NCBI GenBank assembly: GCA_902587565.1
Contig: CACILT010000002.1
Span: forward strand, 68,884 to 132,883
Source: an uncultured Alphaproteobacteria bacterium
Lineage (GTDB): Bacteria; Pseudomonadota; Alphaproteobacteria; HIMB59; GCA-002718135
Length of the DNA: 64,000 nucleotides
Direction of reading: 5' to 3'
Part shown: positions 1-8,191 of the stretch, in pieces
Layout of the letters: each line of letters begins with the position of its first letter
Numbering within the stretch: position 1 is the first letter of the stretch
Program-made: the position numbers and the translations under genes
The notes under the pieces: generated by a model
Told to the model about the DNA's origin: nothing
The model's input: only the letters and a program-made list of their open reading frames with translations
Database searches by the model: none

Positions 1-760
1 TTTCTGCAGCTTTAATACTTTCTGGGAATTTTTGGAAGCCTTCTGCAAATATAAGTGCTGCCTCCCTATAATTTTTTTCTAGAATATATAATTCTCCAAG
101 CCAATAATGTGCTGAACCCGATAATTGATTTTGAGGATTATCTGAAATAAACTGTTCAAATGAAGTTTTAGCATCCTGCCATTTTTTATCTCTTATATTA
201 TCAAAGGCTACCTGGAATTGATCTTCAGGTGATAAGACCTCTTCTTTTTCATTAGAATTTACCTCCTGGTCTTCAGATATAAGTTCTTCATTTGTATCAT
301 TTGTGTTTTTTGAAATATTTAATGTTCCAAGTGTATTTTCTGTTTCAGTATCACTTAAAGTATTGCTTTTAACTTCATTACTGTTTTGTGAAGCTTCATC
401 AGTATTTACTTCAATATTATTTAAAGGAACTGATTGTAAATTATTAATGACTAATTCTAAGTTTTCTAACTTATTAAAAATATCATCTAGTTGAAAATAC
501 AATTCCTCTAAGTTAGAGGTTAAATTTTTTATATCATTTTCAATATCATATATTCGCAAATCGATTGCAGAAAGGTTCTGAACAAAATCATTATTTGTGC
601 CACTTGATTGACTTGATGAATTTGAAAATACTTCTTTTGAAAGATCAGAAACTTCTCTCTGTAGTCTTTCTAGTTGCTGCGAAATAGTTAGGTCACTCTC
701 ATTAGAAAAAGCATAACTTGAATAAAATAATATTAAAATAGTAAGTATGTATCTAACCAT
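1..760 (-). CDS. cpoB: Tol-Pal system protein CpoB/YbgF, 3'-truncated by the window edge
   Basis: My own minus-strand translation from ATG at 760 gives MVRYILTILILFYSSYAFS (signal peptide), then a coiled coil (QQLERLQREV...). It ends in a TPR-like C-terminus (SGSAHYWLGELYILEKNYREAALIFAEGFQKFPES). The frame stays open to position 2. The gene sits directly downstream of pal. Confidence 0.75.
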   Translation of the reverse strand, partial: MVRYILTILILFYSSYAFSNESDLTISQQLERLQREVSDLSKEVFSNSSSQSSGTNNDFVQNLSAIDLRIYDIENDIKNLTSNLEELYFQLDDIFNKLENLELVINNLQSVPLNNIEVNTDEASQNSNEVKSNTLSDTETENTLGTLNISKNTNDTNEELISEDQEVNSNEKEEVLSPEDQFQVAFDNIRDKKWQDAKTSFEQFISDNPQNQLSGSAHYWLGELYILEKNYREAALIFAEGFQKFPESIKAAE

Positions 761-795
761 TCAAGGATTTTAATTTCTAAATAAGATAAAAATGT

Positions 796-817
796 GGCGC
801 TATATTTCTATAGCGCC
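796..817 (-). terminator. Stem-loop between pal and cpoB (9-bp stem GGCGCTATA, loop TTTC)
   Basis: Perfect inverted repeat ggcgctata-tttc-tatagcgcc. On the minus strand it is followed by ACATTTTTATC. It is GC-rich relative to its surroundings. Confidence 0.45.
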
Positions 818-837
818 TAGTATTAAGGAATAAATAA

Positions 838-1359
838 TTAATTAACTATGGTTACTGAACGTCTATTTTGAGCCCACGCTCCATCATTCGATCCCACAAC
901 AGCAGGTCTTTCTTTACCATAGCTAATAGTTGAAATTCTATCAGGATTTATTCCTAATCCAATTAAATAATTTTTAACAGCTTGAGCTCTTTTTTCACCA
1001 AGAGCTAGGTTATACTCTCTAGTTCCTCTTTCGTCACAGTGTCCTTCGATTGTAACTGAAACATCACTATTCTGCTTAAGCCATGCAACCTGATCTTGAA
1101 GTAACTCTAGAGCATCAGAATCTAAATCCGAGCTATCATATCCAAAAAATACTCTGTCACCAACATTAACAATTAGATCTTCTTGTGATCCTGAAACAAT
1201 ACCACTTCCAGCAGTTTCGGTTATTGTTCCCTCAGATGATACATCGCTGCTTGTACTATCTGAACCAGATCCTGAAGAATCAGCAGAGTCTTTTGGCGTT
1301 GTTGCACATGCGGCAACGAACAAAACCATAAATATAGAGATAAAAAACTTGTAAAACAT
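838..1359 (-). CDS. pal: Peptidoglycan-associated lipoprotein Pal (OmpA family)
   Basis: Lipobox FVAAC, an S/D-rich linker, and an OmpA-like C-terminus (GHCDERGTREYNLALGEKRA...NRR). Position is downstream of tolB. Confidence 0.9.
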   Translation of the reverse strand: MFYKFFISIFMVLFVAACATTPKDSADSSGSGSDSTSSDVSSEGTITETAGSGIVSGSQEDLIVNVGDRVFFGYDSSDLDSDALELLQDQVAWLKQNSDVSVTIEGHCDERGTREYNLALGEKRAQAVKNYLIGLGINPDRISTISYGKERPAVVGSNDGAWAQNRRSVTIVN

Positions 1360-1460
1360 AAATAAGCGCTCCCTTAATACTTTGTGTAGATATACTAAAT
1401 TATTGTGAGTTTCTTAACATTTTTTTTAAGATTTCGTATATTTTTTTGTATTATATCGAA

Positions 1461-2777
1461 TTAATGCATCAATGGCGACCATGCTGGATCAGATCCGCCT
1501 AAAGGAGTTATAACTTTTCTTTCATTAAAACCAGTCAAATCAATAGAATAAAGACTAGATTCCCCTCCTGATCCATCCTCAGCAGTCCTTTCTTCCTTAA
1601 AGTACATCAAAAATCTACCATTTGGAGCCCATGTTGGTCCTTCAACATGAAATGATTTTGCAATCATTCTTTCATTAGAGCCATCAATCTCCATAACGCC
1701 TATATAAAATTGTCCTCCCTGTTGTTTGGTAAAAGCTATCATATCACCTCTTGGCGACCAGACTGGTGTATAGTAGCTTCCTGCTTCTCTACTAATTCTT
1801 TTAACATTTTTTCCATTATTATCGCTTACATACAAATGTCTTCTTCCACTTCTATCTGAATTAAAAACTATTTTTTTACCATCTGGCGAAAAACTTGCAG
1901 ATACATCTATTGAAGAATTATTTGTTACTCTTTTTGAAATTCGAGTTTTTAAATCAAGAATATAAATTTCAGAATTACCAATTTCTGGGTCAGTGTAAGA
2001 CATGATGATTTTATTACCATCAGGTGAAAAACGTGGAGCAAATGTCATTCCTGGAAATTCCCCAACAATTTCTTGCTTACCAGTTTCAATATCAAAAATG
2101 TAAACTCTAGGATTATTTCTATTTACATATGACATGTATGTAATTTTTTGTGAATTAGGAGAAAACCTTGGAGTTAATACTAGATATGATCCATCTGTTA
2201 AAAAACGATGGTTTGATTGATCTTGATCCATTATTGCTAATCTTTTTTGTTTGTTTTCTTTTGGGCCAGTCTCAGCAACATAAACTATTCTTGTATCAAA
2301 GTATCCACCTTCACCAGTTATGTTTTTAAAAATGGAATCTGAAATAATATGAGCAACTCTTCTCCAATTTTTTTCACTAGTCTCATATTTTTTTCCCACT
2401 ATTTGCTTTTGTTGAAAAACATCAAACAATCTAAATTCTACAGATATTTTTCCATTGTTTTTTGAAATTTTTCCAGAAACTAAATGTTGAGCTTTTATTA
2501 ATTTCCAATCTTCAAAACGTGGTTTATTTGCCAATGATTCATTATCTTGAATAAATGATCTTTGATCAATAGGTAAAAAAAGCCCAGATCTTTCTAAGTT
2601 ATCAGAAATTACAGTTGAAATATTTTTTCCTACTTTAGTTAATTGTGAATTTTTTGAATATAACTCTGTCACAGCAATTGGAGTTGGCTTAACACTACCT
2701 TGTGTTAGAGTCACTTCTAACGAATTGACTTTATAACTAGAAAATAAAAAAAGGGTAATTAAAAAAACTTTTTTCAT
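1461..2777 (-). CDS. tolB: Tol-Pal system beta-propeller protein TolB
   Basis: 438 aa with a signal peptide and repeated FSPDG/WSP propeller motifs (PRFSPDGNKI, FSPDGKKIVF, PVWSPRGD, PTWAPNGR). Sits in tolA-tolB-pal order. Confidence 0.92.
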   Translation of the reverse strand: MKKVFLITLFLFSSYKVNSLEVTLTQGSVKPTPIAVTELYSKNSQLTKVGKNISTVISDNLERSGLFLPIDQRSFIQDNESLANKPRFEDWKLIKAQHLVSGKISKNNGKISVEFRLFDVFQQKQIVGKKYETSEKNWRRVAHIISDSIFKNITGEGGYFDTRIVYVAETGPKENKQKRLAIMDQDQSNHRFLTDGSYLVLTPRFSPNSQKITYMSYVNRNNPRVYIFDIETGKQEIVGEFPGMTFAPRFSPDGNKIIMSYTDPEIGNSEIYILDLKTRISKRVTNNSSIDVSASFSPDGKKIVFNSDRSGRRHLYVSDNNGKNVKRISREAGSYYTPVWSPRGDMIAFTKQQGGQFYIGVMEIDGSNERMIAKSFHVEGPTWAPNGRFLMYFKEERTAEDGSGGESSLYSIDLTGFNERKVITPLGGSDPAWSPLMH

Positions 2778-3847
2778 TAATATCCTTTCATAATACTATA
2801 ATCAAAAGTGATTGTAAGATTTTTCCATAAATTGTATTTGTCTTGTGGAAGTTTTAGCGGTGTACATTCTGGGTTTAAAAGAGTTCTCATTGCGCTATCT
2901 GTAATTGGTCCATAAAATGGATTAGTTTTAGCTATATTTGTGTCAACAATACGGACACTATTTGATGAAACTTTCATATTTTGTAATACTTTAGCTGAAA
3001 TTGTTACCTGCATTCCTCTTTCTATAACTGCACCTGCTGGAGCATTCCAACAAGAAGATAGTTGCTGCCTCAACATGTCTATTTCAGATATTGATAGCAT
3101 AATATTGTCATCAGTATCATCTGTACTTTTATTATCAACCTCTTCAACCTCTTCCTTAACTTCATTTTGAACGATATTTGTTTTTTCATTTCTTAAATCT
3201 TTAAGCATTGATGCTATGCTAAAATCTTTTTCAGGTTTCGGCTTTGGTTTAGATACGGTTTTAGCATTTTCCAACTTTGGTTTATCCTTTATGTTTGTTT
3301 CAACATCTAAATCTGATTTAACATTTTCATTGTTTATAATTTTTGGCTTTGGCTTGAGTTTTGGTTTGATTATGTCAGTTTTAATTGTTTCTACTTTTTT
3401 CTTAACCTCTAAAATTTCCTTTTCTTTGATAACTACTTTTTTTGTTTCCTTAACTTCTAAATTTGGAGTTTGTTTCATTTCCAAAACTGGTTGATTTGGA
3501 TTAGTTTTTTCTTCAATTTCAGTTTTATTTATTTCAACATTTTTTTTTACTTCTAATTGATCTGATGAATTAAATTTTTTTTGTTTAGTAACTGTTTCCT
3601 TATTTTTATTTTCTGGTTTTGCAGTATCAGATTTTTTCAAATTGGTATTTTCGTCAACATTAAGTATTTCAATAGGTATTACGTTTGGAACATAGATTTC
3701 TTTTGTAGAAAAAAAATTTGGTAAGCCGACCATAAACAAAAGGATAATTAAATGTATTAGTGTTGAAAAAATAACTCCTGATGTTTTAGGATTTAAATTT
3801 TCAAAAAAGTTTATAATTTTTAAACTATTATAGCTTATACGATCCAT
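2777..3847 (-). CDS. tolA: TolA-like protein (N-terminal TM anchor, K/E/P-rich linker, TolA/TonB-like C-terminal domain)
   Basis: TM helix near the N-terminus, a long low-complexity K/E/KPKPK region, and a globular C-terminus. Positioned between tolR and tolB. Confidence 0.7.
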   Translation of the reverse strand: MDRISYNSLKIINFFENLNPKTSGVIFSTLIHLIILLFMVGLPNFFSTKEIYVPNVIPIEILNVDENTNLKKSDTAKPENKNKETVTKQKKFNSSDQLEVKKNVEINKTEIEEKTNPNQPVLEMKQTPNLEVKETKKVVIKEKEILEVKKKVETIKTDIIKPKLKPKPKIINNENVKSDLDVETNIKDKPKLENAKTVSKPKPKPEKDFSIASMLKDLRNEKTNIVQNEVKEEVEEVDNKSTDDTDDNIMLSISEIDMLRQQLSSCWNAPAGAVIERGMQVTISAKVLQNMKVSSNSVRIVDTNIAKTNPFYGPITDSAMRTLLNPECTPLKLPQDKYNLWKNLTITFDYSIMKGY

Positions 3848-4276
3848 CTATTGCTCAAGATTTTGAGTAATTAATGCAACTTTAATATATCCTGCTGAAT
3901 TTATTATGGACATAATTTCCATAATCCTTCCATAAGCTACCACTCTATCACCTCGTATATAAATTCTTGCTTCTGTGTTTTGTTCAGTAATAGCGTTTAG
4001 TCGAGGAATCAAATTTTCTACTTCAACCTTTGATTCTCCAATGTAGACTTCACCGTCTAACTTAACTGTTATCTCAATTGGATCTTTTATATCAGTTAAT
4101 GCAGTAGCTTTAACCTTTGGTAAATCAACTTTAATTCCAACAGTTAGAAGAGGTGCGGTAACCATAAAAACAATTAGTAAAACAAGCATAACATCCACAA
4201 AAGGTGTGACGTTAATTTCACTCATTTGAGTGTACCTTTGCTTCTTTCGTTTGTTTAAATTATTTGAGGTAATCAA
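3848..4276 (-). CDS. tolR: TolR/ExbD family biopolymer transport protein
   Basis: 142 aa with the ExbD-type motif INVTPFVDVMLVLLIVFMV. Immediately downstream of tolQ. Confidence 0.88.
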   Translation of the reverse strand: MITSNNLNKRKKQRYTQMSEINVTPFVDVMLVLLIVFMVTAPLLTVGIKVDLPKVKATALTDIKDPIEITVKLDGEVYIGESKVEVENLIPRLNAITEQNTEARIYIRGDRVVAYGRIMEIMSIINSAGYIKVALITQNLEQ

Positions 4277-4277
4277 T

Positions 4278-4991
4278 TTATTTTTTCTCTAATTGTCTAA
4301 AAAAAATTGTTGAGAATTCATCCATAAAAGTTTCCAAGGATATAAAATATTTTGATAAGTCGTTTGAAATTTTATTGTACGCAACTACAGCAGGTATAGC
4401 CACAAAAAGACCTAATGCAGTTGCAAAAAGGGCCTCAGCAATTCCTGGTGCAACTACTGCTAAATTTGTATTTTGAGCTATTGCAATAGATTTAAAACTA
4501 TTCATTATACCCCAGACTGTTCCAAATAACCCAATAAAAGGTGCAGTGGATCCAGCGGTTGCGAGAAATGTTAAATTTCTTTCAACATTTTCACTTTCTT
4601 TATTAAAAACAACTGTCATTGATCTCATCATTCTATCTTTTAAAGAGTTAATATCAGGTGTGTCATTTTCAAACTGAGTTTTACTTTTTTTCCACTCTAA
4701 AATCGCGGCACAAAATAATTTTGATTTTGGATCTGTCTGATTAAAGTTTAAAGTTTCATATAAATCTTCAAATGAATTTCCAGACCAAAAAATATCTTCA
4801 AATTCTTTTTCAAGTTTTTTTAATTGTCTAATTCTTAAAATTTTTGAAATGATTACATTCCAAGAATATAAAGAGGCTAAAATTAAAATTATAATTACTG
4901 ATTTAACTACAAGATCAGCTTGCATAAATAACGCAAGCATTGAAAAATCTGGAGCTTCTGTCGATAAATTTGTACTATTAATATCTGCCAT
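4278..4991 (-). CDS. tolQ: TolQ/ExbB family proton-channel protein
   Basis: 237 aa with MotA/TolQ/ExbB motifs (GSTAPFIGLFGTVWGIMNSF, APGIAEALFATALGL). Confidence 0.9.
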   Translation of the reverse strand: MADINSTNLSTEAPDFSMLALFMQADLVVKSVIIILILASLYSWNVIISKILRIRQLKKLEKEFEDIFWSGNSFEDLYETLNFNQTDPKSKLFCAAILEWKKSKTQFENDTPDINSLKDRMMRSMTVVFNKESENVERNLTFLATAGSTAPFIGLFGTVWGIMNSFKSIAIAQNTNLAVVAPGIAEALFATALGLFVAIPAVVAYNKISNDLSKYFISLETFMDEFSTIFFRQLEKK

Positions 4992-4996
4992 AATAA

Positions 4997-5290
4997 TTAT
5001 TTTTTAATTTTTTCAAGATCGCTACTATGAACCATAACCCAAAACCCTGGTCTATTTTTCTCACATAATGCTATTACTGGTGTCTTACCCTCCTCTTTCG
5101 CAAGTTTTGCAGTATCATCCCACAAACTAATTGCTGTATGCTTTGCTCTTAGTTTACATTCTATAAATAAATCTTCATGAATTACATCAGCTCTTGTTAC
5201 TTTACCATTTCCCCCACTCAAAGGTGTCCTTTTCCCATTGAAATAATGCGCAACATCTCTTTCTCTTTTTTTCCAGGCTTTATCAGGCAT
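4997..5290 (-). CDS. Small conserved-looking protein with a PD-(D/E)xK-like nuclease signature, function unknown
   Basis: 97 aa. The segment ADVIHEDLFIECK fits a D...ExK nuclease core. It lies between yebC and tolQ, where ruvC/ruvAB/ybgC usually sit. Confidence 0.45.
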   Translation of the reverse strand: MPDKAWKKRERDVAHYFNGKRTPLSGGNGKVTRADVIHEDLFIECKLRAKHTAISLWDDTAKLAKEEGKTPVIALCEKNRPGFWVMVHSSDLEKIKK

Positions 5291-5304
5291 CTATATTCCT
5301 TTCA

Positions 5305-6054
5305 TTATGCTGTCAGTGAAGATAAAACATTATCATCAACTTCAAAATTTGATGATACAACTTGAACATCGTCATTGTCTTCTAAAACTTCAAGTAATTT
5401 AAATAGTTTGTCTGCTGTATCTTTTCCAATATTTATATTGTTTTTACTTTTCCAAACTAAATTTGCAGAGTTAGTCTGGCCATACTGTTTAATTAATTTA
5501 TCATTAAGTTCATGCAAATCATTTTGATCACAATATATTGAATATTCTGAATCATTAATTTCATAATCTTCACTATTATTTTCAACAAGAAATTCTAGAA
5601 GTTGATCTTCTTTTACTAAACTTTTATTAAGAGTAATATTCCCAAACCTATCGAAACCAAAACTAACACTTCCTGTTTCGCCCAAATTACCTCCATGTTT
5701 ACTAAAAGATGACCTAATCTCTGCAGCTGTTCTATTTTTATTATTTGTAAGTGCCTCAACTATTATTGCAATACCTTCGGGGCCATACCCCTCATATCTT
5801 ACTTCTTCATAATTGCTATCAGGATCATTCCCTTGACCTTTTTTAATTGCTCGCTCTATGTTATCTTTTGGCATATTCAGGGACTTTGCTGAAGCAATTG
5901 CAGATCTTAACCTAATATTACTTTCAATATCTTCACCACCGACTTTGACTGCAACAGATATTTCTCTTCCAAGTCTTGAAAATACCTTTGCTCTTTTTTT
6001 ATCTTGAGCACCTTTACGATGCATAATATTTTTAAATTTCGAGTGCCCTGCCAT
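5305..6054 (-). CDS. yebC: YebC/PmpR family DNA-binding regulator
   Basis: MAGHSKFKNIMHRKGAQDKKRAK...YEGYGPEGIAIIVEALTNNKNRTAAEIR is the canonical YebC sequence. Confidence 0.93.
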   Translation of the reverse strand: MAGHSKFKNIMHRKGAQDKKRAKVFSRLGREISVAVKVGGEDIESNIRLRSAIASAKSLNMPKDNIERAIKKGQGNDPDSNYEEVRYEGYGPEGIAIIVEALTNNKNRTAAEIRSSFSKHGGNLGETGSVSFGFDRFGNITLNKSLVKEDQLLEFLVENNSEDYEINDSEYSIYCDQNDLHELNDKLIKQYGQTNSANLVWKSKNNINIGKDTADKLFKLLEVLEDNDDVQVVSSNFEVDDNVLSSLTA

Positions 6055-6133
6055 TACGAGTAGATTTATAAATATTTAATCCGATGTTAGTAAAGATATA
6101 AAATATTAGATAAATGTGTCTAATATATGTAAA

Positions 6134-6925
6134 TTATGTCTCTTGAATTGGGGTGATATTTTTAGCTAAACCAGTATTAGTATCAATTTCTATTAAAGCC
6201 CCGCATACTGTTATGTTTTCAGTAGCAGGTGTAAATCTACCTTCAGCCCTATACCCTTTAACAAATCCATGGATTGGATTATTTATATCGAAACCAATTA
6301 TTGAATTGTAATCACCTGACATTCCAACATCTGTTTGATAAGCTGTTCCCTTAGGTAAAATAACACTGTCTGCAGTTGGGACATGAGTATGTGTACCTAA
6401 AACTGCTGAAACTTTTCCATCAACGTAATATCCAAATGCTTTTTTTTCAGAAGTTGCTTCACCATGCATATCAATGATTATCGCATCGCAGGTACCACCT
6501 AATTTCTCTTTTTGAAGAAATTCAATTATACTTTTAAAGGGGTCATCTAATGATAAATTCATAAATAATCTAAGCATTACTTGTACTACGATAATTTTTT
6601 TTCCATTTAAAAGTTCAAGCCTGTAATACCCTTTTCCAGGAACACCTTCAGGGTAATTCAAAGCTCTGATTATTTTGGGATTTTCTTCAATATAAGAAAG
6701 CATATCTCTTTGATCCCATGCATGATTCCCAAGTGTAAGTATATCCAATCCGCTAGAAAATAATTCTTCTGCATCCTTTTTTGAAAGTCCATAACCAGAA
6801 GTAGCATTCTCACCATTAGCAATAATCATGTCTGTATTGTATTGAGATTTAAGTGTTGGGATAATTTCTTTAATTTTTTTCCGTGAAGCCTTACCGACAA
6901 TATCACCTATAAAAAGAATTTTCAT
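6134..6925 (-). CDS. YmdB-family metallophosphoesterase
   Basis: MKILFIGDIVGK...ANGENATSGYG...TLGNHAWDQ...DMHGEATSEK...GTHTHVPTAD is the metallophosphoesterase motif set typical of the YmdB family. Confidence 0.8.
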   Translation of the reverse strand: MKILFIGDIVGKASRKKIKEIIPTLKSQYNTDMIIANGENATSGYGLSKKDAEELFSSGLDILTLGNHAWDQRDMLSYIEENPKIIRALNYPEGVPGKGYYRLELLNGKKIIVVQVMLRLFMNLSLDDPFKSIIEFLQKEKLGGTCDAIIIDMHGEATSEKKAFGYYVDGKVSAVLGTHTHVPTADSVILPKGTAYQTDVGMSGDYNSIIGFDINNPIHGFVKGYRAEGRFTPATENITVCGALIEIDTNTGLAKNITPIQET

Positions 6926-7503
6926 TGAAAACTATATAAATTTTTTTGAGTAATAACATAATCCACTTTAAAATCAAATTTGTCTATGGGTATGTAATCT
7001 AACTTTTGTTCTTCATATGCATAGGCTACAGAGATGAATCGATGATTAATTTTATTTAAATAAGCAAAAGTCTTGTCATAATACCCTCCACCATAACCTA
7101 ATCTATTTCCCTTATGATCAAAAGCTAAACAAGGGACAAAAATTAATTCAGGATTTAAAACTTTATTTTTATTTTGAGGCTCTGATATATTCATATGCCC
7201 TTTTACAAAATTCTCTTCTCTCTTAAATTGTTTAAAGATTAAATGACTATTTTTTTTTTCAATTACTGGAAGACATAAAATTTTATTTTCAATAAAGATA
7301 AGATTATTAAGCTCTTCTGTATTTATTTCTGAGTTTATAGAAATAAAGCTAGATATTATATTGATTTCTTGAAAGTTAATTTTTTCAAAAAGTTTATTAA
7401 ACAAAGATAAAGCAAAATGTGATGGATTATTATTATAAATCTTATCTCTTAAAATTTTTTGTTTTTTTCTGATAATTGATTTTTCATCTTTAATATTATT
7501 CAT
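6922..7503 (-). CDS. 5-formyltetrahydrofolate cyclo-ligase
   Basis: 193 aa with the C-terminal GYGGGYYDK motif and the IRKK..LR N-terminus typical of MTHFS. Confidence 0.8.
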   Translation of the reverse strand: MNNIKDEKSIIRKKQKILRDKIYNNNPSHFALSLFNKLFEKINFQEINIISSFISINSEINTEELNNLIFIENKILCLPVIEKKNSHLIFKQFKREENFVKGHMNISEPQNKNKVLNPELIFVPCLAFDHKGNRLGYGGGYYDKTFAYLNKINHRFISVAYAYEEQKLDYIPIDKFDFKVDYVITQKNLYSFQ

Positions 7504-7915
7504 AATAAGAATTCTTAATTATATCAATTAAGCCTTCTACTTTGTTATTTATTTCATCAAATTCTTTTTCTAAATTCAATTTTTCATCTTCTAGAATTTT
7601 TTTTTCATTTTGTAGTTTTAGTATTTTGTCTTTTAGTTCTAAGTTGTTCTTAAGATACTCTTCATTTTTTGCATCATTTATCTCTGAACTTCTTTGTATA
7701 TTTATTTTTTCAGAAAGCTCTGCTTGAAGCTCAATAGAGAGAAGTGATAACAATATAGTATCACTTATTTTTCCATTAGAATATTTTGGATTTTGTAATT
7801 TATTATCAATTCTTTCATTAATTAAATTAATTGAATCTATTATTTTTTTTTCATCTTTTTTTTCATATTCTAACGATATTTCTCTATTTAAAATTTTTGT
7901 CTTGTAAAAAGGCAT
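7496..7915 (-). CDS. zapA: ZapA-like cell-division protein (coiled-coil C-terminus)
   Basis: 139 aa. The N-terminus ILNREISLEYEKKDEKKIIDSINLINERID follows the ZapA pattern. It is adjacent to the 5-FCL gene, as in many proteobacteria. Confidence 0.5.
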   Translation of the reverse strand: MPFYKTKILNREISLEYEKKDEKKIIDSINLINERIDNKLQNPKYSNGKISDTILLSLLSIELQAELSEKINIQRSSEINDAKNEEYLKNNLELKDKILKLQNEKKILEDEKLNLEKEFDEINNKVEGLIDIIKNSYYE

Positions 7916-7917
7916 GG

Positions 7918-8106
7918 TTATTTCTTAATTAGAAGTTCCAATTCATCAATATACTCAGACATTTGTTTTCGTAAATTTTTAATTTCATTTTCAAGATTTT
8001 TAATTTTTTCTTTTTTGGAAATATGATGATCCCTAAAATCTTCTAGAGCTGATCTCAGATTATTTAAGTTTTTGCTGAGAACTGTAAATTTTTTTTGTAT
8101 TTCCAT
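7918..8106 (-). CDS. Small coiled-coil protein, unknown function
   Basis: 62 aa with heptad-like K/E/L-rich sequence. Tightly packed upstream of the zapA-like gene. Confidence 0.4.
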   Translation of the reverse strand: MEIQKKFTVLSKNLNNLRSALEDFRDHHISKKEKIKNLENEIKNLRKQMSEYIDELELLIKK

Positions 8107-8191
8107 TATAATTTTATAGTTTGTAATTTAACAATTGTCACTGTAATGAAACCATATTAAATAATTTTATATCAACCATAAAGGTAAGTAT

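Noticed and set aside
2940-3494. Plus-strand ORFs of 76 and 92 aa inside tolA
   Set aside because: They are antisense to the low-complexity K/E-rich tolA linker, which gives F/S/L-rich nonsense translations.
7496-7503. Looked for a 6S RNA (ssrS) between the zapA-like gene and the 5-formyl-THF cyclo-ligase gene, where it lies in many proteobacteria
   Set aside because: The two ORFs overlap by 8 nt, so there is no room for an RNA gene. No 6S-like structure was identified elsewhere in the window by eye.
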